Positions 29,251-38,512 of a stretch of 64,000 nt of DNA are shown piece by piece; the stretch's first letter is position 1, and the number at the start of each line of letters is the position of its first letter. The notes below the pieces were generated by a model, which had not been told where the DNA came from, did not search any database, and worked only from the letters and a program-made list of their open reading frames with translations. A program made the translations under genes and the position numbers. Source of the DNA: Bacillales bacterium UBA4694 (GTDB lineage Bacteria > Bacillota_I > Bacilli_A > RFN20 > CAG-288); NCBI GenBank assembly GCA_002404835.1, contig DHKM01000027.1:15514-79513 (forward strand), in the 5' to 3' direction.

Positions 29251-30116
29251 GCTTTGAGGTCCTCTTTGGTAAAGGTGAAAGGAAGTAGTCCTTGCACCGT
29301 AGTAAATAGATGTTTGGTCGTATCCTTATTATAAATATATACTGGGGCAGAAAGTTCCATAAGCTCAGACATTACTTGCCTGCAGCTACCGCAACACGTT
29401 CCAACATTTGAGGAATCGGTTATAACACCAAGGCTAACAATGTCTTCTTTTCGATAGCCGGAGGCGTATGCATGATAAAGAGCGACTCTTTCCGCACACA
29501 TGGTAACTCCATAGGCTGAATTCTCGATGTTAAAGCCTTGCAGGTAGGTTCCATCTTTCATGACAAGGACTGCTCCGACGTGAAAATTAGAGTAAGGTGC
29601 AATTGATTTACTCTGCGCTTGGATTAGGTTCTTGACCAACTTCTTCTGATTCGTATAGAAATCAATGGGAAGATGGTTAAGAATATCGTTTTGAAGAGGG
29701 AACATGATTTTCGCATCCGCCTCTTTCATATGATCATATCCGAAAATATGAAGTAGTCCGTGAATGAAAAGAAAAGCAAGTTCCCTATCAAATGGATGTT
29801 TATATTCTTTTGCTTGTTTTTTTGCAATCGATGGGGAAATCAAAATGCTTCCCAAATCGATGATAGGATCATCCGGATTGAAGTCGGCCTCACGATAGGC
29901 AAATGTAAGAACATCTGTAGGACGATCGATTTTGCGATATTCTTTGTTCAACTTGTGAATTTCTTCATCAGATACAAGAGATAGGGAAACTTCATAATTT
30001 CCTTTTTTTCCCAAACGTTCCAATGTAAAATCAAAAACAGTCTGAAACAGTTCATTCAGTCCCTTTTTCTGATGTGTGTTGTCCAGATAATCCAGTACAT
30101 GCTGATATTCTTCCAT
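29247..30116 (-). CDS. ybeY: fusion protein: endoribonuclease YbeY (N-terminal) plus cytidine deaminase (C-terminal)
   Basis: Residues 1-150 carry EYRKIDRPTDVLTFAY and HGLLHIFGYDH (YbeY zinc site). Residues 155-289 carry APYSNFHVGAVL, CAERVALY and CGSCRQVMSE (Cdd zinc site). Confidence 0.85.
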   Translation of the reverse strand: MEEYQHVLDYLDNTHQKKGLNELFQTVFDFTLERLGKKGNYEVSLSLVSDEEIHKLNKEYRKIDRPTDVLTFAYREADFNPDDPIIDLGSILISPSIAKKQAKEYKHPFDRELAFLFIHGLLHIFGYDHMKEADAKIMFPLQNDILNHLPIDFYTNQKKLVKNLIQAQSKSIAPYSNFHVGAVLVMKDGTYLQGFNIENSAYGVTMCAERVALYHAYASGYRKEDIVSLGVITDSSNVGTCCGSCRQVMSELMELSAPVYIYNKDTTKHLFTTVQGLLPFTFTKEDLKA

Positions 30117-31338
30117 CAGTCTTACCTCCGCATTTAGCCCTATTATTATAAACGAAATGGCTGAATGATTTCACAGAAATATCAAGAGGTTGGCTTAAAG
30201 AATTGATTTTTGTACGAATTTTCGTTTCGTCTAATGAAATTCGAAGAAGTTTATAGAAGAGCATCGTAAAAGATAAGCCTAAAAAAAGATAAAATAGATA
30301 AAAATTAAGAGAATAACGTTTTCCAAAAGCCATTTCCAAAATGGTCAAAATGGATAAAACCAAAGCTTCAAGAATACATAGTGCAACAACGGTTTCCTCA
30401 AAAGAAGAGGCGATATCCCTGGCTTCGAAGAAATATTGAGAAAAGCCTTTTTCAGAAAGTTTTGACCGCATCATTTCCTCTTTTAACGAACAATCGCGAT
30501 CAATTTTGCAATATTTCCCATTCATGAAGAAAATTAGAAAAGAAAAGAAAAGGGAGACAAAGCCAAGAGCAATCACAAAGTTCCCATTGCTTAAGAAGAC
30601 AAAAAAAGACAGTACGGCACTAGAACCATAGCTAACCATAGAACTATAACGATTGATAGTTGAAGAAATCAAAGAAGAAAGGTTTACATAATCGTTATAA
30701 TTTCCGGTGCTTTCCAAAAAAGGGATAAGAATATCCGTATCAATCCGTTTCCTTGTTTTTTTATTCAAAAGCACTTGAATGAAAATAAAGAAGAAAGAAG
30801 AAATCAATAATATTATTTTTATTTCAAAAGCAATTTCTTCTGATAGAAAAAAGAAAAGAAGAGTCATGGACAAAGACTGGAAGACGAAAAGAAGAAAATA
30901 GAGAAGCAGTTCAAGGTTAGAAATCATTCGGCAAGTATCTTTCCGCTTTTTCCGTGAAAACAATTTTGTTATGAGTACTTTGCCGGTATAAACTTTCAAA
31001 AATTCTTCTATGGGCAAAAAATAAACACCAAATTCACTGTCAACAACTTGAATTCTAGACCCAATCCTTTTTGTGATAACAACAAAATGCAGTCTACCGC
31101 TGGGATAAAGAATCTGAGCTATCAACGGATAACATTTTTTATCTATCAAAAACAAATCCTTTTCAAGTCTTCCTTCCACGGAAACATGTACTTTTTCTAA
31201 AGCATTTTTCATGGATAGAAAATCCGAAATTTTCTCGAAAGGGTATGTTTCATACTTCCTATCCTTCATCAATATAGAAAGATAGTTCCTCAAACAAGCT
31301 CGACCGCAATCATCAATCTCATTCTGAAAAATCATCAT
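30052..31338 (-). CDS. C39 peptidase domain plus six-TM ABC-exporter-like membrane domain, with no nucleotide-binding domain (truncated exporter)
   Basis: FQNEIDDCGRACLRNYL (Q-x4-DCG), LHFVVI ... VVDSEFG (His/Asp), then six hydrophobic segments. GGGAGGAA lies 5 nt before the ATG at 31338. The 3' end runs 65 nt out of frame into ybeY. No Walker A motif. Confidence 0.65.
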   Translation of the reverse strand: MMIFQNEIDDCGRACLRNYLSILMKDRKYETYPFEKISDFLSMKNALEKVHVSVEGRLEKDLFLIDKKCYPLIAQILYPSGRLHFVVITKRIGSRIQVVDSEFGVYFLPIEEFLKVYTGKVLITKLFSRKKRKDTCRMISNLELLLYFLLFVFQSLSMTLLFFFLSEEIAFEIKIILLISSFFFIFIQVLLNKKTRKRIDTDILIPFLESTGNYNDYVNLSSLISSTINRYSSMVSYGSSAVLSFFVFLSNGNFVIALGFVSLFFSFLIFFMNGKYCKIDRDCSLKEEMMRSKLSEKGFSQYFFEARDIASSFEETVVALCILEALVLSILTILEMAFGKRYSLNFYLFYLFLGLSFTMLFYKLLRISLDETKIRTKINSLSQPLDISVKSFSHFVYNNRAKCGGKTDGRISACTGLSGQHTSEKGTE

Positions 31339-31383
31339 AAATTCCTCCCATAGACAATGGCCCATGGGAGGAAAAATTGTCCA

Positions 31384-32355
31384 CTAATCCAAAGAAATAT
31401 CTTTAATTCGTTTTTTCTCGAAGATTGATTCCATTGATTCTCTGGCACTTGTTTGTTGGTCCATCTTATAGAACCAGGAATTAGCAAGAGAGCTGGCTGT
31501 TTTATCCTGACTCAAACAAGCAAAAGTGATTTTACCGTTTTGATTTCTGGATTGAATCAGCGGATAAAGGTATTGCAGCAAATCTTCTTCTGTAAAGAAT
31601 CTGCGTTCAAACAAATTTATGTTCTCTAGGCAAAGGACTTCAGAGGAAAGTAGCAAAGACAAATCCCTTCTTGCCATTTGCGAAACCTGAAAGTCCTTGT
31701 CTTTGAGACACTTGAACAAAGAATGTAATTGGATATAAGAAACTTTTTTTCCTTTAGAAGCAAAGAGATAAGATGCAAACATCAATAGCCTCCTAGGAAG
31801 AAGAGGTGCGCTTTGACTATAGAATAAAATACCTCTATTCTTTTTCTCGCTCGAAAAATCTCGGCAACGCAATAATATTTCATTTACCAATATTTCACAA
31901 TCTTTCAATTGAGAGGGAGTTTTACGCATCTGAATCTGCTTTAGCAGCAAAGATGACTGATCATAGATTGCATCATAAGCGACGTCACAAGGAAAAATGT
32001 TATTTAATGTTTTCTCTTTGTTCCTCAAATATTCGCATGGAATTCTATCCATTACGATTGCATCAATATCCTCATCATATCTAGGAGAAAAGCAAAAACC
32101 TTTTGCTTTTTTAGGACAACTGGCATATCCCTTTGTGCAGGAGGAGCAGATTTCATCATCCTTTAAATATAGATAAATATCTCCAACAGAATGGGAAAAA
32201 GTATTTTCCGTTTTCAGCAAGGGTTTCACTTTGCTCTTACAACGAAAAGAATAATCCAAGAGTTGTTTTACTTTGAGTATAAATTCTCTCTCAGTCTTTT
32301 CATCGACTTTTGGGGAAATGATATCCGTGGAAATTCTTTTAATTTCGTTTTTCAT
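31384..32355 (-). CDS. dnaI: DnaI-like helicase-loader homologue with degenerate Walker A/B motifs
   Basis: Directly follows dnaB (ATGA-type overlap), with a Cys-rich N-terminal domain (CSSCTKGYASCP...). The C-terminal half is colinear with the DnaI AAA+ domain, but reads SQSAPLLP where GxxGxGKT is expected and LCLENIN where LDDIG is expected. Confidence 0.5.
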   Translation of the reverse strand: MKNEIKRISTDIISPKVDEKTEREFILKVKQLLDYSFRCKSKVKPLLKTENTFSHSVGDIYLYLKDDEICSSCTKGYASCPKKAKGFCFSPRYDEDIDAIVMDRIPCEYLRNKEKTLNNIFPCDVAYDAIYDQSSLLLKQIQMRKTPSQLKDCEILVNEILLRCRDFSSEKKNRGILFYSQSAPLLPRRLLMFASYLFASKGKKVSYIQLHSLFKCLKDKDFQVSQMARRDLSLLLSSEVLCLENINLFERRFFTEEDLLQYLYPLIQSRNQNGKITFACLSQDKTASSLANSWFYKMDQQTSARESMESIFEKKRIKDISLD

Positions 32356-33599
32356 AGTCCAAGATCCTTTGCGAGTTCACCCATATCTGTTTTTTCTCTA
32401 TCGTCTTTCTTCTCTACCACATCATCATTATGATTTATAACATTCCTCTTTCCTGTCTTTGCTCTTCTGGCCTCATAATCATGGTTAGATAAATAAACCA
32501 TAGCATCATAGCAATTTGTGATGTTGTTTGCACTCAAAGAATAGACAACTTTCTCTATGTAACTTTCACGAAATTCCCGATTTGTATTCTTCAAAGAATA
32601 ATCTAAAGCAACATTGAGCACACTATCATCAATTTGACATTCTTTTTTTAGTTTCAAAAGAAAATCAATCATGAAACCAGCAGGCTCTGCATTAAAATAA
32701 AGTTGGAGGAGCTTTTTCGGGGTTATTGTGGAATAAAGCTGGATCAGTTTACCGTTTTGACCATCGGAAGAATAGTTGTTGGCGTCTCGATCTTTGTGAA
32801 ACGGAACATAGCGTTTTAGCATCTTAACGTCTTTGGCGAATCCATCGAATACAAAAACATCATCTGTTGTCGTATTTTTTAGAATAAGATCACATGCTTC
32901 ATCTTCCGTAACGGAATATATGCTGCAAAGGTCAAGAATATCACCCTTTTCTTCTTGACTGATTTTTCCTACATAGCTCTCTTCCCTAAGTTTTTGGTTC
33001 AGAAGGGGAAAAGAAAAATTAGACTGCTTTTTATAAGCTTTGGATAAATTAAGAAGACCATTGTCTTTTAATACCGCTTCATTGTCCTGAACGCACAAGG
33101 AATAGACATTACGAAATGAAGAACTAATGTCTTTATAGGACTGAAACCCATCATTTGAATTTATAAAGAACCTACTCTTCAACTTCAAATACTGTTTTTG
33201 ATCAACAAAGGAACTTAGGGCGGTTCTTAAGAGTGGATCATCAAAAAATTTCTTGGGAGTGGCAGGAGGCAGAACCTTATAGATATAATTTACAGAATTC
33301 TTACCGTTTATATCTTTTTCTTCTTTCCGCAATGTTTCAAGCAGGCCAATCGCCTCTAAATGGTTCCTTGCATCCAGAAAGCGAACTTGATCCATTCCGA
33401 GAATAGCAAATAAGGTATCATGATATGACATAGAGAGATCAGAAGTATCTAAAGAAAAAGAATATAAAGTTTCATATAAAGAAAAAGCATCCGTTTTGAT
33501 AATCGGAAGATAAAGAAAAGCAATTACTTTTTGATCGGTACTGGATAGAGTAAATTCTCCATGAACACGATAAGTGGAATCCTGTTCGATTATTTTCAT
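32352..33599 (-). CDS. dnaB: replication initiation and membrane attachment protein DnaB (DnaD-domain family, Bacillus sense)
   Basis: The N-terminus resembles B. subtilis DnaB: QKVIAFLYLPIIKTDAFSLYETLY, HLEAIGLLETL, YKVLPPATPKKFFDDPLL. It precedes the dnaI-like gene. Confidence 0.7.
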   Translation of the reverse strand: MKIIEQDSTYRVHGEFTLSSTDQKVIAFLYLPIIKTDAFSLYETLYSFSLDTSDLSMSYHDTLFAILGMDQVRFLDARNHLEAIGLLETLRKEEKDINGKNSVNYIYKVLPPATPKKFFDDPLLRTALSSFVDQKQYLKLKSRFFINSNDGFQSYKDISSSFRNVYSLCVQDNEAVLKDNGLLNLSKAYKKQSNFSFPLLNQKLREESYVGKISQEEKGDILDLCSIYSVTEDEACDLILKNTTTDDVFVFDGFAKDVKMLKRYVPFHKDRDANNYSSDGQNGKLIQLYSTITPKKLLQLYFNAEPAGFMIDFLLKLKKECQIDDSVLNVALDYSLKNTNREFRESYIEKVVYSLSANNITNCYDAMVYLSNHDYEARRAKTGKRNVINHNDDVVEKKDDREKTDMGELAKDLGL

Positions 33600-33798
33600 A
33601 GCTAAATTATATCATCCTTATTAAAAAAGGCACAACAAAATACAAGAGTGAAGAATAAAACCCAAGAAAAAAGCAAGAAAGCAGAGTGATTCCTCTTTAA
33701 TAACTTTATTTTAAACTCGCTTAGCGTTAAAATATTGCCGTTGTATTACAGGCTATTTTTTGTAATGCAATCGCTTCTGTGAGAAAGGACATATCAAT

Positions 33799-35262
33799 AT
33801 GAATTACAGAATCGATAAAAAAACTAAAATTATTTGTACGATTGGCCCATCCAGTCAAAACAAGGAAACAATGAAAAAACTCCTTGAACATGGCATGACC
33901 TGCATGAGACTGAATTTCTCCCATGGTAGCCATGAAGAACATCTCGGAAAGATGAATACACTTCGTCAAATCGAAAAAGAAGAAGGAATCATCATTCCGA
34001 TTTGCCTTGATACCAAAGGACCGGAAATCCGAACTTCCTGTTTCGAAGGAGGAAGTGCAACCTTCACAAAAGGGGAAGAAACGCGGATTTATATGGGCAC
34101 AGAGAAAATAGGTACAAGCAAAGCTTTTGGTGTTACTTATACCGAACTCTTCGACGATGTTCCGGTCGGTGCTCTTTTACGCCTAGATGACGGAAATCTG
34201 GAATTGACTTGCATTAGCAAGGATGAAAAAAAGAGAGAACTTGTGTGCAAGATCGAAAACACCCATACTTGCAAGGATAGACGTGGGGTGAATGTTCCGA
34301 ATGTCCACCTCTCCATGCCGTATCTTTCCGAACAGGATAAATCCGACCTTCTATTCGGTTGCAAAGAACATGTGGACTTGGTTTCAGCTTCCTTCATCCG
34401 ATCAAAACAGGACATTTTTGACATCAGAAAACTTCTAGATGAAAATGGTGGCAAAAACATCATGATCATTTCCAAGGTCGAAAATACAGAGGCTATTGCT
34501 AACCTTGATGAAGTCATCCGTTATAGTGATGGTATCATGGTGGCTAGAGGGGATCTTGCTGTAGAAATTCCACCAGAACAAGTTCCCGTCTATCAGAAAT
34601 ACATGATTGAACAATGCCGCAAATTCGGAAAACCAGTCATTACAGCAACCCAAATGCTGGATTCAATGATTCGAAATCCTTTCCCAACCAGAGCCGAAGT
34701 CAGTGATTGTGCTTGGGCGGTGGAACAGGGAAGCGATTCAGTCATGCTGTCCGGTGAAAGTGCAAATGGTGATTATCCTGTTGAAGCAGTTGAAATGCAG
34801 GCAAGAATCGCTTCCGTTATGGAAAAGCACTTCGATTACATCACTTCCAATCATAAAGCTTTCGAAACGTCGGATAAGACTGTATCTGATGCAATTGCTA
34901 ATTCCGTGGGCGATACAGCCCAGATCATCGGAGCAAAATTAATTGTTTGTTTCTCCGTTTCTGGAAAGACAGCAGTTCGAATTGCAAAAACAAGACCTGT
35001 TTGTCCTGCCTTCGTGGTTTCTTCTGATATGGACGCCTTAAGACATACCATGCTCTTCTATGGAAACTATCCTTATTATGTTAAGAAAGTACCTGAATTT
35101 ACGGAAGAGATGGAAGTCTTGGCTATCAAAATTGCAAAAGATTATAATTTGCCAAACGGCTCGAAGATCATCATTACAGGTGGCACTCCTGTTGGAGCCG
35201 GAAAAACGAATTTTATGAAAGTCGTTACGCTTAATGAGCATAATGAAGATATAGAAGATTAA
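33799..35262 (+). CDS. pyk: pyruvate kinase
   Basis: TKIICTIGPSS, MRLNFSHG, LDTKGPEIRT, MVARGDLAVEIP, TQMLDSM. Confidence 0.95.
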   Translation: MNYRIDKKTKIICTIGPSSQNKETMKKLLEHGMTCMRLNFSHGSHEEHLGKMNTLRQIEKEEGIIIPICLDTKGPEIRTSCFEGGSATFTKGEETRIYMGTEKIGTSKAFGVTYTELFDDVPVGALLRLDDGNLELTCISKDEKKRELVCKIENTHTCKDRRGVNVPNVHLSMPYLSEQDKSDLLFGCKEHVDLVSASFIRSKQDIFDIRKLLDENGGKNIMIISKVENTEAIANLDEVIRYSDGIMVARGDLAVEIPPEQVPVYQKYMIEQCRKFGKPVITATQMLDSMIRNPFPTRAEVSDCAWAVEQGSDSVMLSGESANGDYPVEAVEMQARIASVMEKHFDYITSNHKAFETSDKTVSDAIANSVGDTAQIIGAKLIVCFSVSGKTAVRIAKTRPVCPAFVVSSDMDALRHTMLFYGNYPYYVKKVPEFTEEMEVLAIKIAKDYNLPNGSKIIITGGTPVGAGKTNFMKVVTLNEHNEDIED

Positions 35263-35279
35263 AAAGGAGAAACCAAATT

Positions 35280-36176
35280 ATGAACAAGAATGTCGTCATC
35301 AGTATTGATTGCGGAGGAACCAATCTCCGAGTTGCAGCTGTCGACCAGGATCTGAAAATCTTAGCCGTCCGTAGAGTACCAACCATTCATGACAATCCAA
35401 AACGCTTATACGAAACAATGAAGGAACTTATCGACCAAGTAGCTGAGGAGGCTAAAATCGAGGTTGTTTCTATTGGCGTTTCCATTTGTGGAACAGTTGT
35501 ACACAATAGAGTTGGAAAATGCGGAAATCTCGGAATCGACAGAGGATATGACTTCGCAGAGCTTTTCCACAGAGATTATCCTAAAGCACTTTTAAGAATT
35601 GCCAATGATGCCAATTGTTCCGCTTTTGTTGAAGCGGAATATGGTGCAAATCGAGGATATTCTGATTCATGTTTTATCACGATTTCTTCTGGAATAGGTG
35701 TCGGACTTGTTCATAATCATGAAATGGTAGACCTTCCTTTAGAAGCAGGAAGACTTATGATCAGTTTCAAAGGAAAATATTATGAAGCTGAATATTTGCT
35801 TTCCGGAAACGGAATCGTACATCTCTGTGCCATGAACAATATTATCATCAATAATGCCGGAGATTTCTTCGCTGGTGTCAGAAGAGGCGAACCAAAATTC
35901 GTCCCTGTCTACAATCTTTGGCTTTCCATGTTAGGCATTTGGCTTGGAAACATCCACCTTCTCTTCGATTGCCAATCTTATGCTTTGTCCGGTGGTGTCA
36001 TGAAATCCCAGGATGTCTTCTTGGAAGATTTGGAAAAGGTTGCCAATGCCTCCATTGCCAGCTGGAATTTCAATCCAATCGTTCTTAAAAACGCAAAATT
36101 CGAACAGGATGTTGGTATTGTTGCCGCTGCAAGTCTTGCCTTACACGAATTAGGAATCAACAAAGGTCTTATTTAA
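35280..36176 (+). CDS. ROK-family sugar kinase (glucokinase-like, lacks the CxCGxxGC zinc motif)
   Basis: ISIDCGGTNLRVAAVD (phosphate-1 motif), ANDANCSAFVE, ITISSGIGVG. Lies 17 nt after pyk. Confidence 0.6.
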   Translation: MNKNVVISIDCGGTNLRVAAVDQDLKILAVRRVPTIHDNPKRLYETMKELIDQVAEEAKIEVVSIGVSICGTVVHNRVGKCGNLGIDRGYDFAELFHRDYPKALLRIANDANCSAFVEAEYGANRGYSDSCFITISSGIGVGLVHNHEMVDLPLEAGRLMISFKGKYYEAEYLLSGNGIVHLCAMNNIIINNAGDFFAGVRRGEPKFVPVYNLWLSMLGIWLGNIHLLFDCQSYALSGGVMKSQDVFLEDLEKVANASIASWNFNPIVLKNAKFEQDVGIVAAASLALHELGINKGLI

Positions 36177-36212
36177 AAAAAACAATACTTAACTTAGGAG
36201 TCAATCTAAATC

Positions 36213-38147
36213 ATGAAAATCATTTTACCAGACAAGTCCTTCAAGGAAATCAAGGACGGAAGTACAGCTTTGGAAGCTGCCAACAGCATTGCCCTTTCTT
36301 TAGGCAAAAAAGCCATCTGTGCCAAAGTCAATGGTGAACTTTTTGACCTCAATGCCGTCTTACCGGGCGACTGCAATTTCGAAGTAATCACAAAAGAATC
36401 TCCAGAAGCTCTCCATGTTTTACGTCATTCTGCTGCCCATTTGATGGCTCAAGCTATCTCTCATCTATATCCTGGAACTATGTTTGCCTATGGTCCTGCA
36501 ACAGAAGAAGGTTTCTATTACGATATGAAACTTCCGGAAGGTCAAACCATTTCTGATAAGGATTTTTCCAAAATCGAAATGGAAATGAAGAAAATCGTTT
36601 CTGAAAATCTCAAAATCGAGCGTGTTGAAGTCACAATCGATGAAGCCAAGAAACTTTTCGAAGGTCAGAAATACAAACTCATCCACATTGGGGAATTAGG
36701 CGATAAAGGATGCAAACTTACCGTCTATCGTCAAGGTGACTATCAGGATCTCTGCCTTGGACCCCATATGAAGACTACCAAAGACATCAAAGCATTCAAA
36801 TTGATGTCCGTTTCAGCTTGTTATTTCAAAGGCGATAAAAACAACGATTCCCTTACCCGTGTCTATGGTACGGCTTTCTTCTCCCAGGAAGAACTTGATC
36901 AGTACCTCAAGCTTCTCGAAGCAAGAAAAGAAGCTGATCACAAGAGATTAGGCAAGGAACTCGGTCTTTTCATGCTTTCCGACTATGGTCCAGGACTTCC
37001 TTTCTGGCTTCCGAACGGAATGATCATCCGACATGAACTCGAGAACTTCCTTTGGGATCTGCTTACCAAAAATGGTTATTTATTCCTTAAAACCCCTCAG
37101 ATGCTTTCCCGTGAGCTTTGGGAAACTTCCGGTCATTGGAAAAAATACAAGGAAAATATGTATATAACCAAGGTAGACGGAAAACCATATGCAATCAAAC
37201 CGATGAACTGCCCGGGCGCTATGCTTGTCTATCTCAATGACCTCCACTCCTATCGTGACCTTCCAATCCGTTATGCCGAATTCGGACTCGATCACAGAGC
37301 CGAGGCTAGCGGTGCCCTCAATGGACTTTTCCGTGTCAGAGGATTCACTCAGGATGATGCCCATATCCTTCTTGCTTTCGATCAGATTGGCGATGAAATC
37401 AGAAAATTGCTTAAGCTTTTCGGATATGTTTACAAAGTTTTCGGTCTTCCTTACACCATTGAACTTTCTACACGTCCGGATGTCTTTGTCGGCAAGATTG
37501 CTACCTGGGACAAAGCAGAAGCAGAACTAAAACTCTGCCTTGAGGAAAACGGTATACCCTATCAGATCAACGAGGGTGATGGTGCCTTCTATGGACCGAA
37601 ACTCGACTTCAAGATCAAGGATTCCCTCAACAGAGTCTGGCAATGCGGAACCATTCAGCTTGATATGCAGTTGCCGCATCGGTTCGGTCTTACTTATACG
37701 GATACCGACGGCAGCAAGAAAGAACCCGTCATGCTCCACAGAGCCATCTTCGGATCCTTCGAAAGATTCCTCGGTATCATTACCGAGAACTTCAAGGGTG
37801 CCTTCCCAACCTGGCTTTCTCCGGAACAGGTCAGAATCATCCCTGTCAATATCGAAGACAAGGATATGACGAAATACTGTGAAGCTTTGAACAAGAAGCT
37901 TTTCAAGCATGATGTCAGGACCAAAGTCGATATGAGAAACGAATCCATGGGATTCAAGATCCGTGATGGTCAGACCAAAAAAGTCCCATACACCATCGTC
38001 ATCGGTGAAAACGAGATGAAAGACAAGACAGTCACTTATCGTCTTTACGGTCATCGTGATACCAGAACCGTCAGCGAAGCTGATTTTGTCAAACTTCTTC
38101 TCAAGGATATCGAAGAGAAATATCCGGTCCGTTCCTATCAGGACTAA
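36213..38147 (+). CDS. thrS: threonine--tRNA ligase
   Basis: TGS N-terminus, editing-domain HSAAHLMAQA, class II core (RVRGFTQDDAHI, QCGTIQLD) and a C-terminal anticodon-binding domain. Confidence 0.95.
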   Translation: MKIILPDKSFKEIKDGSTALEAANSIALSLGKKAICAKVNGELFDLNAVLPGDCNFEVITKESPEALHVLRHSAAHLMAQAISHLYPGTMFAYGPATEEGFYYDMKLPEGQTISDKDFSKIEMEMKKIVSENLKIERVEVTIDEAKKLFEGQKYKLIHIGELGDKGCKLTVYRQGDYQDLCLGPHMKTTKDIKAFKLMSVSACYFKGDKNNDSLTRVYGTAFFSQEELDQYLKLLEARKEADHKRLGKELGLFMLSDYGPGLPFWLPNGMIIRHELENFLWDLLTKNGYLFLKTPQMLSRELWETSGHWKKYKENMYITKVDGKPYAIKPMNCPGAMLVYLNDLHSYRDLPIRYAEFGLDHRAEASGALNGLFRVRGFTQDDAHILLAFDQIGDEIRKLLKLFGYVYKVFGLPYTIELSTRPDVFVGKIATWDKAEAELKLCLEENGIPYQINEGDGAFYGPKLDFKIKDSLNRVWQCGTIQLDMQLPHRFGLTYTDTDGSKKEPVMLHRAIFGSFERFLGIITENFKGAFPTWLSPEQVRIIPVNIEDKDMTKYCEALNKKLFKHDVRTKVDMRNESMGFKIRDGQTKKVPYTIVIGENEMKDKTVTYRLYGHRDTRTVSEADFVKLLLKDIEEKYPVRSYQD

Positions 38148-38158
38148 TTCATAATCTG

Positions 38159-38187
38159 CAGTGGATCAATTGATCCACTGTTTTTTT
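38159..38187 (+). terminator. intrinsic terminator after thrS
   Basis: CAGTGGATCAATTGATCCACTG (perfect palindrome) followed by TTTTTTT. Confidence 0.85.
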
Positions 38188-38189
38188 AT

Positions 38190-38226
38190 AAAAAAAAGAG
38201 AAGGCTAGGAATACCTTAGCCTCCTC
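38190..38226 (-). terminator. intrinsic terminator after the ftsL-like gene
   Basis: Minus strand GAGGAGGCTAAGG-TATT-CCTAGCCTTCTC followed by TTTTTTTT. It sits back to back with the thrS terminator. Confidence 0.7.
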
Positions 38227-38271
38227 ATTTTGAAAGGAGTTGGAATTTCACTGCTGGATGCAGGTTACTTT

Positions 38272-38508
38272 CTATTTTTGATTCTTGTATTTGTCGGAAA
38301 CCTTGTTGTTCTGGTTTTCAAAATAATTGATCTGCTGATGATAATCGTTGATTTTATCAGAGATGGAATCATTCTGCTTCTGCAAGGAGAAAACAGCAAA
38401 TCCAAGGAAGATAGACGCAAAAAGGCTCACACAAGCGATGGTGATACAAGTCCTTTTGAATTTCTTCGGCATCTTTTCGACGCCCGTTCTTCTGATTCTG
38501 TCTTTCAT
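38272..38508 (-). CDS. ftsL: FtsL-like small bitopic division protein
   Basis: Basic N-terminus, one TM helix (CITIACVSLFASIFLGFAVF), then a short Q/N-rich coiled-coil-like tail. Directly downstream of rsmH, as ftsL is in Firmicutes. The call is by architecture and position only. Confidence 0.45.
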   Translation of the reverse strand: MKDRIRRTGVEKMPKKFKRTCITIACVSLFASIFLGFAVFSLQKQNDSISDKINDYHQQINYFENQNNKVSDKYKNQK

Positions 38509-38512
38509 GTTG

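Noticed and set aside
33727-33969. 80-aa minus-strand ORF overlapping the pyk start
   Set aside because: It overlaps the well-supported pyk N-terminus (TKIICTIGPSS) on the other strand. It has no RBS and reads as nonsense.
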